Source of the DNA: Elusimicrobiota bacterium
GTDB taxonomy: Bacteria > Elusimicrobiota > Elusimicrobia > UBA1565 > UBA9628
Length of the DNA stretch: 20,980 nucleotides
Direction: 5' to 3'
Assembly: GCA_027319565.1 (NCBI GenBank)
Contig: DAHVNA010000035.1
Location: forward strand, 1 to 20,980
Under the pieces are notes generated by a model that saw only the letters and a list, made by a program, of their open reading frames with translations, searched no databases and was not told where the DNA came from. Each line of letters begins with the position of its first letter. Position 1 is the first letter of the stretch. This document shows positions 1 through 6,670 of this stretch, one piece after another. Position numbers and translations under genes: made by a program.

Positions 1-23
1 AGGAAATCAAATCCTTCTTAAGG

Positions 24-29
24 TAAAAT
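24..29 (+). promoter_or_regulatory. Putative -10 box (TAAAAT) for cheB
   Basis: TAAAAT lies 8 nt upstream of the ATG at 38, with no Shine-Dalgarno in between. Confidence 0.35.
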
Positions 30-37
30 ATCCCAAT

Positions 38-1126
38 ATGGAAGCTGTGCCGAAGGCCCAAACTCCTTTCTGTTCTGAAACCTCTCACCCGAGAATTATA
101 TTGGCCTCAGAGTCATCTGAATTTCAAAATAAATTATCTCAAGCCCTTGAAGGCCTTGGAATATCGGTCTTGGCCAAACTCAGCGGAAGTTCTGAGATTT
201 TACCCGCCGTCCTTAAGTACTCCCCGCAGGTTCTGATTCTCGATTTTTTTCTAAAACCTCATGACGCCCTCTACATGGCTGAGCAATTGATGAGGGAAAA
301 TCCTATTCCCATTGTTCTTTTTTTACCTTCTCAGTATCCGCTCACATCGGAAGTATCCCAAGAAGCCTACAGACTTGGAGTATCGCTTCTCTACCCAAAG
401 CCCATGACCGATCTCTCTTTAGGTTGGGCTCTTCCAGAATTAGGCGAAGCCATTTTTCGACTTGCCAAGACATCAAAAGAAACGCTCCTCTCCCAATACT
501 CAAAGAATCGTTCGGAAAATTCCAATTTTCAGATGCCCCTGCCGGCTCAAAAAGCCTTGGGGATTGTGGGATCTACCGGAGCGGTGGAACTCCTTAAGGA
601 AATTCTCCTTAAACTTCCAAAAAATTTCGGGGCGGCAACTCTCGTCTGCCAGCATATGAGCGCCCCGGTCTGGGATGGATTTAAAGATTTCTTGTCAAAA
701 ACTTTGACGAAACCCGTCTCAATGGCCAAAGGGGGTGAAATTGTTAGAGAAAACGCCGTCATTTTATCTCCAGTTCAAAAAACCCTCATGTTTCAAAGAA
801 GTTATGTGGGGAAAATCGCGATTTTAGAAAATGCCCGGAAATTTAAGCCTGGACAAGTGCCGCTTCAGCCGAATTTGGATGAGTTTCTCATCTCGCTGGC
901 GGAAAATTTTAAAAGAAATGCCATGGCCGTCATCTTATCAGGCATGGGCACTGATGGAACCGAAGGAGCCAAAGCCATTCTCGCTCAAGGGGGGAAAGTT
1001 TTAATTCAAGACCCTAAAACCGCGATTATTCCATCCATGCCGGAAAACGCCCTCAAAAACAATCCTCAAGCGATTCTCTGCGAATCGACAAGAATGCACG
1101 AAGAAATCGCGCAATTTTCCAGATAA
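38..1126 (+). CDS. cheB: CheB-family chemotaxis methylesterase (degenerate N-terminal REC domain + methylesterase domain)
   Basis: Methylesterase motifs GIVGSTGA (Ser), VCQHMS (His), QPNLDEFL and ILSGMGTDGTEG (Asp), then VLIQDPKTAIIPSMPENA. N-terminal receiver-like fold with VLILD and YPKP. Confidence 0.9.
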   Translation: MEAVPKAQTPFCSETSHPRIILASESSEFQNKLSQALEGLGISVLAKLSGSSEILPAVLKYSPQVLILDFFLKPHDALYMAEQLMRENPIPIVLFLPSQYPLTSEVSQEAYRLGVSLLYPKPMTDLSLGWALPELGEAIFRLAKTSKETLLSQYSKNRSENSNFQMPLPAQKALGIVGSTGAVELLKEILLKLPKNFGAATLVCQHMSAPVWDGFKDFLSKTLTKPVSMAKGGEIVRENAVILSPVQKTLMFQRSYVGKIAILENARKFKPGQVPLQPNLDEFLISLAENFKRNAMAVILSGMGTDGTEGAKAILAQGGKVLIQDPKTAIIPSMPENALKNNPQAILCESTRMHEEIAQFSR

Positions 1127-1164
1127 TAGGGGGCTTTCCTGACTTCCGCATTGGGACACCCGCA

Positions 1165-1280
1165 GTCACCCTAGCGAAAGCCGGGCCACAAAGTCTTTCC
1201 CAAAGATGGTCCGGCTCGCTCTCGCTTCGCGAGCGAAAGCAGTGTCCAAAATCTGGATTCCGGCTTTCGCCGGAATGACG
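1165..1280. repeat. REP/dRS3-like inverted palindrome pair with internal hairpins, between convergent cheB and cheY; may act as a terminator or RNA stabiliser
   Basis: Right unit 1253-1280 reads CGTCATTCCGGC-GAAA-GCCGGAATCCAG on the minus strand, with a perfect 8-bp stem at 1257-1264/1269-1276. Degenerate left unit GTCACCCTAGC-GAAA-GCCGGG at 1165-1185. Confidence 0.75.
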
Positions 1281-1303
1281 ATGGGAGACTCCGTGTCTTT
1301 CCG

Positions 1304-1678
1304 TTAGGCGGAACTTTTCATCAATTTATCGATTGCCGCGTTTAAATTATCCCATTCCGGAGGTTTTCCGACATATTCGCACGCCTTCCATGCGGAATAC
1401 TCGTCATGAACCAGTTTCTGGTCTACGGCGCTGACAATGATAAATCGAGCGTTTGGATCAATTTTCTTGATTTCCTTAATGGCCTCAAGCCCCGAGCGTC
1501 CCGGCATGTTGAGATCCATGGTGGTGAGATCCGGCTTTTTTGACTGATAGAGAGCCACCGCTTCTTCCGCATTTCCCGCTTCGGCAACAACCTGATGGCC
1601 CTTGCCTTCTAAAAAGCCTTTAATGTGCATCCTCGTAAAAACAGAATCATCCACGACTAAGAATTTGTAGCCAGCCAT
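1304..1678 (-). CDS. cheY: Single-domain CheY-like response regulator
   Basis: FLVVDDS, PDLTTMDLNMP (phosphoacceptor Asp), IIVSA and GKP. A GGGGG RBS-like sequence lies in the 9-nt gap upstream. Confidence 0.9.
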   Translation of the reverse strand: MAGYKFLVVDDSVFTRMHIKGFLEGKGHQVVAEAGNAEEAVALYQSKKPDLTTMDLNMPGRSGLEAIKEIKKIDPNARFIIVSAVDQKLVHDEYSAWKACEYVGKPPEWDNLNAAIDKLMKSSA

Positions 1679-1687
1679 AAGTCCCCC

Positions 1688-3058
1688 TTACTTTCTTTTC
1701 GGAAGAATACGGTCCAAAGAATCTTCTCGCACCATTAGAATTGTCTCGCACGAGGCGTTCCACTCAAGGCACGAAAAACGAATCTGCGCCACCAGCACTT
1801 TTTTAGCGATATCTGAAATCTCAACTGCGGACTTGCGAATGGCTTCTTCAACCGAGGAATCGATAATCTCAGGAGGAGTGCTCATCACCGCATAGCCTAA
1901 AGCGTCGGCAAACACGTTTAAAAAGTTAGTCACGATAATATTGGCCCATTCTAAAATCATCAGCCGAACTGTTCCATCTTTATCGGCCAAACTTGAAAAG
2001 TGGGATTCAAGCATCTTTTGCGCCATTTTTAAGAATTGATCATGCGGAGCCCCGAAAAGCCCCATCACGGGAACGTCATTAGAAACCGACATTTGAACAA
2101 AAACGATATCTTTAACTTCCGGAGGGAAAACCTGCATGTTATAAGAGGTTCTCTCATAAACATCCATTCCGGTCATTACCCATTTTGACTGAGAAAGAAC
2201 GTTGAGAGCCTCAACGCATTTTTCGGTCGCCGGTTTGAGCATATCGCGAAAATCGTTCCATCCGGCATGGGTTCCGTTGCCGTTGTAAGAGGGGGGCGCG
2301 GACGGAAGAGGAATGGATTTGAAAGCGGGAATATCGGTTTTAGCGAGGGCTTCAGTTATCTTTTGCAAGGTAATGGGTTTATTGACAATCGTTTTTGCCC
2401 CAATCGCCATTAATTCCTGGGTAATCTGCCCTTGAGAAACGGCGCTGATGATAATGACATTGGCCTTGGGGTTTACTCCCATAACGCTCTTTAAAACATC
2501 AATTCCGGAACCGCCCGGCATCACCAAATCCAAGGTCATCAAATCGGGCTTTAAATCTTGATAGGCCTTGATTCCGCTCGGAACGTCTATTCCCTCTCCG
2601 ATGACCTCGCAGCCCGCCTTTTCAAGGAAATCGCGCACCAAAACCCGCATCATCATGGAATCATCCACGACCAAGGCCTTGGGTTTAGTTTTAGAAGCGA
2701 CTTCAAGACGCCCCTCAATGGCCGCTTTTAACGAATCCTTTCGCACCGGTTTATAAATGACGGAAGAAGCGCCGGTTTGAAGGGCTTTTTGGACCACCGA
2801 TTCTTGCCCGAAATCCGTGACGATTAAAATTTTAGTCTGATGTTTCTGGGGAGAAATCGCATCCAAAACATCCATCCCAGAATCTTCCGGCATGATGATG
2901 TCTAGTGTCATTAAATCAGGTTTATGTTCGTTAAACGCGGCGATCGCCTCTTTTGCGCTTGCGGCCTCTAGAATTTTTTCAAAACCTTCGGCTTGCAATA
3001 GCTCTTTGAGGTAGGTTCGAACCAAACGGGAATTGTCAACTATTAGGGCCGTTTTCAT
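1688..3058 (-). CDS. REC-REC-CheC/CheX-like fusion protein (two receiver domains + putative CheY-P phosphatase domain)
   Basis: Start reassigned to ATG 3058 (MKTALIVDNS), because the track start at 3154 overlaps prfB and a promoter lies at 3077-3105. REC1 has PDLMTLDIIMP...YKP and REC2 has VVDDS...PDLMTLDLVMP...NKP. The C-terminal domain has ILEWANII (E-x2-N) followed by STPPEII. Confidence 0.85.
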   Translation of the reverse strand: MKTALIVDNSRLVRTYLKELLQAEGFEKILEAASAKEAIAAFNEHKPDLMTLDIIMPEDSGMDVLDAISPQKHQTKILIVTDFGQESVVQKALQTGASSVIYKPVRKDSLKAAIEGRLEVASKTKPKALVVDDSMMMRVLVRDFLEKAGCEVIGEGIDVPSGIKAYQDLKPDLMTLDLVMPGGSGIDVLKSVMGVNPKANVIIISAVSQGQITQELMAIGAKTIVNKPITLQKITEALAKTDIPAFKSIPLPSAPPSYNGNGTHAGWNDFRDMLKPATEKCVEALNVLSQSKWVMTGMDVYERTSYNMQVFPPEVKDIVFVQMSVSNDVPVMGLFGAPHDQFLKMAQKMLESHFSSLADKDGTVRLMILEWANIIVTNFLNVFADALGYAVMSTPPEIIDSSVEEAIRKSAVEISDIAKKVLVAQIRFSCLEWNASCETILMVREDSLDRILPKRK

Positions 3059-3076
3059 AACTTTGCGCTCTTGAAG

Positions 3077-3105
3077 AGTATAACACAGAGAAACGCCTTT
3101 GTCTA
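3077..3105 (-). promoter_or_regulatory. Sigma70-type promoter for the REC-REC-CheC/cheY pair
   Basis: Minus strand: TAGACA (3105-3100), 17-nt spacer, TATACT (3082-3077), with an extended -10 TG. The -35 box overlaps the prfB TAG stop. Confidence 0.7.
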
Positions 3106-4236
3106 GACCTCCTCTGTTTCTGTTTTCCGCATAGGCCGCCCGGCCGCCAGCCAAGAAAGATAAGCCTCGATAAAAGGATCAAGACCACCGTCCATCACCG
3201 TTTGAATTTGAGAGGTTTGATGTCCGGTCCTAAGGTCTTTGACTAATTGATAGGGCATAAAAACATAACTGCGGATTTGATGTCCCCAGGCGATAGAGCC
3301 CATCTCATCGTAGCGTTTTTCCGCGCTCGAGCGTTTTTTGTCCAACTCGATTTCATAGAGTTTGGCTTTGAGCATTCTCATCGCATTCAGCCGGTTTTGA
3401 AGCTGACTTCTCTCTGTTTGACAGCCGACAACGATGCCGGTCGGAATGTGAATCAGCCTTACCGCGGTCTCAACCTTATTGACGTTTTGGCCTCCGTGCC
3501 CGCCAGCGCGAAAAGTTTCGAGCCGGACATCGGAATCCGAAACCTCGATTTCAATATCATCTTCAATATCGGCCAAAACATCCACCGAGGCAAAAGAGGT
3601 GTGCCGTCTTTTATTGGCGTCAAAAGGGGAAATGCGCACCAAACGGTGAACCCCTATCTCGCCTTTCAAAAGTCCGTAAGCGTTGGTCCCACGGACAAAA
3701 GCGGTCAAGCTTTTGATTCCCGCGCCTTCGCCTTTAAGAGAATCGGTCACGCTAAACACGAACCCGCGATTCTGCGCCCATCGAGTATACATGCGAATGA
3801 GCATTTCATTCCAATCGCAGGCCTCCGTTCCGCCCGCGCCGGCGTGAAAGCTAATGATCGCGTCGCAAGAATCGTGTTCTTCAGACAGCTTAAGAGTCGC
3901 GTCTAAAATATGAAAACGCGTTTCCAGTTTTTTAAAATTATCCTCAATCTCCTTTAGCTCCGCCTGATCGCGAGCTTCATGAGCCAAATCTAAATGGACT
4001 TGAATATCCTCTAAATCGCGCTTCAGAGACAAAAATTCTTCCAGCTTTTTCTTGAGATCGTTTAGTTCTTTCGACTTTTTTTTAGCGAGAGTGGAGTCCG
4101 CCCAAAAAGACGGTTGGGACGCCTCCGCCTCCCGCTGGGAAATCTCGGATTTTAATTTCTGGGGCTCGACTAATCTCTCAAGATTTGAAAGCCAGTCTTT
4201 AAGATTTTCAATCTGCCCCTTGGTTTCTTGAAACAT
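3103..4236 (-). CDS. prfB: Peptide chain release factor 2 (continuous ORF, no programmed frameshift)
   Basis: [13 protein letters not shown] tripeptide ([15 protein letters not shown]), GGQ ([16 protein letters not shown]) and WGHQIRSYV. Confidence 0.98.
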   Translation of the reverse strand: MFQETKGQIENLKDWLSNLERLVEPQKLKSEISQREAEASQPSFWADSTLAKKKSKELNDLKKKLEEFLSLKRDLEDIQVHLDLAHEARDQAELKEIEDNFKKLETRFHILDATLKLSEEHDSCDAIISFHAGAGGTEACDWNEMLIRMYTRWAQNRGFVFSVTDSLKGEGAGIKSLTAFVRGTNAYGLLKGEIGVHRLVRISPFDANKRRHTSFASVDVLADIEDDIEIEVSDSDVRLETFRAGGHGGQNVNKVETAVRLIHIPTGIVVGCQTERSQLQNRLNAMRMLKAKLYEIELDKKRSSAEKRYDEMGSIAWGHQIRSYVFMPYQLVKDLRTGHQTSQIQTVMDGGLDPFIEAYLSWLAAGRPMRKTETEEV

Positions 4237-4257
4237 CGCTTTATCCTATAAATCAAC

Positions 4258-5127
4258 TCATTCTACAAAACATAAAAGAGTCTGAGCGTGGAGAAACGCC
4301 GTCTCCTCAATTTCCAAGGCGTAGCCGCCGCCCAAGGTCACGGCGACAGGAACCTTAAAGTTTCGGCAAAAATCGCGCACTATCAAATCCCGCTTTAAAA
4401 GGCCCTCAGCAGTAAGACCCAGCCCTCCCAAAATATCTTTTTGGTATCCGTCGACTCCGGACTGATAGACAATGAGATCCGGGTGATGTTCAAAGACCAG
4501 GGGCAAATTTTTTTCCAAGAGTTCCAGGTATTCTTTATCCGCGGTTCCGCGCGGAAGAGAGACATCTAAAGAGCTTTTTTGTTTCACTTCCGGATAAATA
4601 TCTTCCTGATGCATCGAAAACGTAAAGACCCCGTTGTTTTTTGAAAAAATTTGCGCCGTCCCATTTCCCTGATGAACGTCCAAATCGATGACGGCGGCGC
4701 GGCTAATTTTCTTGTCTTCAATCATCCGTAAAATTCCGCAAGCGATGTCGTTTAAAACGCAAAAGCCTTCTCCGTGATCCGAGAATGCGTGGTGAGACCC
4801 GCCGCCGATATGAAGACCGACGCCGCCATCCAAGGCATCGCGGCAAGCTAAAATCGTTCCGGAAACGGCCAGCTGATGGGCCAGAGAAACTTCCTTTGAA
4901 AATGGGAGTTCCATCAAGGTTTCATCTTCTAGACTCATATGGCAATCAAGAACCTTGTCCGTCCACTTCTCCATATGCGCTAAAAGAATGTCTTCTCTGG
5001 ACGGCGATGTCGGTTCTAAAAAGGGCAAAACTCCCTTGAGGCGTTCCGCCGTCAAGGCAAATTTCTTTGTCGGAAAAATATGCCCGCCTAAATCCACCAC
5101 ATACCGCGGAGAATAGATAAAACGCAT
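4258..5127 (-). CDS. Zn-dependent histone deacetylase family protein (lysine/small-molecule deacylase)
   Basis: GGGSHHA, GEGFCVLNDIA, IDLDVHQGNGT, FSMH, YQSGVD...DILG and GGGY are all intact. Confidence 0.95.
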   Translation of the reverse strand: MRFIYSPRYVVDLGGHIFPTKKFALTAERLKGVLPFLEPTSPSREDILLAHMEKWTDKVLDCHMSLEDETLMELPFSKEVSLAHQLAVSGTILACRDALDGGVGLHIGGGSHHAFSDHGEGFCVLNDIACGILRMIEDKKISRAAVIDLDVHQGNGTAQIFSKNNGVFTFSMHQEDIYPEVKQKSSLDVSLPRGTADKEYLELLEKNLPLVFEHHPDLIVYQSGVDGYQKDILGGLGLTAEGLLKRDLIVRDFCRNFKVPVAVTLGGGYALEIEETAFLHAQTLLCFVE

Positions 5128-5131
5128 AGGG

Positions 5132-6670
5132 TTAAAAAAAGGGGACAGTTCCCCTTTTTTTCAAGCGGAAAAAAAGTCCCAGCGCGACTAGAATCAAACA
5201 GAGAAAACCAAACCAATCGCCATGGCGGGTATAAAAGGAACGGCGGGGAAAGGGATCCGCCACGGGAAGAGAAACTTCAAGACGCCCCCGAAGATTCAAA
5301 GGCAAACGGCGAATAATTCGGCCCCAGGGATCGATGACGGCGGAAATGCCGGTGTTGGCCGCGCGCAACACATAGACGCGATTTTCAACGGCGCGAAATC
5401 GATTGATATAAAAGTGCTGATAAGGCCCCCAGGTCTCTTTATACCAGCCGTCGTTGGTGATATTGGCGATTGCGCGCGCGCCTTTTTGAGCGACACCACG
5501 GGATAAAAAGGGGAAAACCGCCTCATAACAAATGGTGCAGCCAATATCTCCAAAATCAGTCCTCAGCAAATGCGGGGATACGGGGCCTTGAGTCATATTC
5601 CCCAATTGATCAAGATATCCGATAAATTTGCGCAAAAAATCCCACGGGACATATTCCCCGAAGGGAACCAATTCTCTTTTAGCGTAAAAACCCTGGGTTT
5701 GACCCGTGGGACTCAGATAATAAGCGGCATTGTAAAGATGAGTCGAATTTTGGACCACCGCGCCAACGATTTGATAGCTTTTCCAGCGAAGGCTCGCGGG
5801 AGAAGCCTCTGAAATAGTCTTTTCTTTTCCCAATAGTCTCGGCAAGGCCGCTTCCGGCCACAAAATCAGGCTTGGATTTTTTTTCCAAGGCCCCGCGAGA
5901 AGATTTTCCAAGTTCGCGGTAATCTCAGAAGCGGAATTGGACGTCCATTTTTGATATTGATCGACATTCGGCTGTAAAATAGCGAGCTCAAATGAGGGAG
6001 TTCGTGCCTGAGTTTTAGAAAGGCTTAAGACTCCATATCCAAAAATTCCCGCAATGGACAGAAGGGCGATAAAAATCCACCCTAAGGCCAGGCGTTTTTT
6101 GGTTTTTTCGCAGTATAAAAAATAAGCGACAGAAGCGTTAAAAAAAAGAACGAAAAACCCCAAGCCCAAGGGTCCCAAAATGGAATCAATTTGAATGAGG
6201 GAAAGAAAACGGTATTGCGTGTAGCTTAGAATATCCATGCAAAGCCTCGGCGTTTTAAGCCATAACCATTCCGAAGCCGACCACAAAATCGCCCAAATTA
6301 AGGGAGTGAAGACCTCCAAAGGCTTTAACGCAAGCCAAGAAGTTCCCGCCGAGACAAAACCCCAGTTAACTCCTAAAAACGCCGCCAAAAGAGCCCAGGC
6401 AAAAACCGCCAGAAAAATATTAATTCCGGCAAAGCGGCAGGTTTGATATATCCAAAACAGGGAAAATGCGTGAAAAGAAAAACCGGCTATCCAGCCAAGT
6501 TTAAAGGATTCTCGAATTGAAACCCGCCCGCAAACAAAACACAGGGGGATGAGAGAAATCCAGCCCAAAAAACAAAGTCCGGGCCGGGGAAGACAAAGAG
6601 CGGTTAAAACTCCGGATAAAACGGCGTAAAAAAAAGGGACCGACCCCTTTTCTTTCAAGCGCCATGGCAT
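5132..6670 (-). CDS. lnt: Apolipoprotein N-acyltransferase
   Basis: Multi-TM N-terminus, ILQPNV, nitrilase-fold triad WPEAA (E), YAKRELVPFGEY (K) and ICYEA (C), then NITNDGWY, RAVENR and RAANTGISAVID. The start is uncertain; ATG 6670 was chosen and overlaps the secA end. Confidence 0.96.
   Translation of the reverse strand: MPWRLKEKGSVPFFYAVLSGVLTALCLPRPGLCFLGWISLIPLCFVCGRVSIRESFKLGWIAGFSFHAFSLFWIYQTCRFAGINIFLAVFAWALLAAFLGVNWGFVSAGTSWLALKPLEVFTPLIWAILWSASEWLWLKTPRLCMDILSYTQYRFLSLIQIDSILGPLGLGFFVLFFNASVAYFLYCEKTKKRLALGWIFIALLSIAGIFGYGVLSLSKTQARTPSFELAILQPNVDQYQKWTSNSASEITANLENLLAGPWKKNPSLILWPEAALPRLLGKEKTISEASPASLRWKSYQIVGAVVQNSTHLYNAAYYLSPTGQTQGFYAKRELVPFGEYVPWDFLRKFIGYLDQLGNMTQGPVSPHLLRTDFGDIGCTICYEAVFPFLSRGVAQKGARAIANITNDGWYKETWGPYQHFYINRFRAVENRVYVLRAANTGISAVIDPWGRIIRRLPLNLRGRLEVSLPVADPFPRRSFYTRHGDWFGFLCLILVALGLFFRLKKRGTVPFF
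5134..5161. repeat. Perfect 12-bp hairpin, terminator-like, inside the last codons of lnt
   Basis: AAAAAAAGGGGA-CAGT-TCCCCTTTTTTT. It encodes KKRGTVPFF on the minus strand. Confidence 0.8.
6628..6651 (-). terminator. Terminator-like palindrome directly after the secA stop, within the 5' end of lnt
   Basis: Minus strand AAAAGGGG-TCGG-TCCC-TTTTTTTT: a short GC stem followed by 8 T. Confidence 0.5.

Noticed and set aside
1130..1300. Possible tRNA, CRISPR array or riboswitch in the cheB-cheY gap
   Set aside because: No cloverleaf or T-loop consensus and no regularly spaced repeats. The location is 3' of both genes, which does not suit a riboswitch.
3059..3154. 32-aa N-terminal extension of the REC-REC-CheC ORF in the track
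   Set aside because: It overlaps the prfB 3' end and spans a good promoter. The receiver fold begins at Met 3058.
3247..3906. 219-aa plus-strand ORF and other antisense ORFs (for example 8044-8448, 18086-18553, 17672-18007)
   Set aside because: They lie wholly antisense to well-conserved genes, have no recognisable motifs, and are expected shadow ORFs.
5132..6661. lnt as an IS or transposon with terminal repeats
   Set aside because: No transposase or integrase is present and lnt is in a normal secA/prfB context. The repeats are reported as a finding, not as a mobile element.
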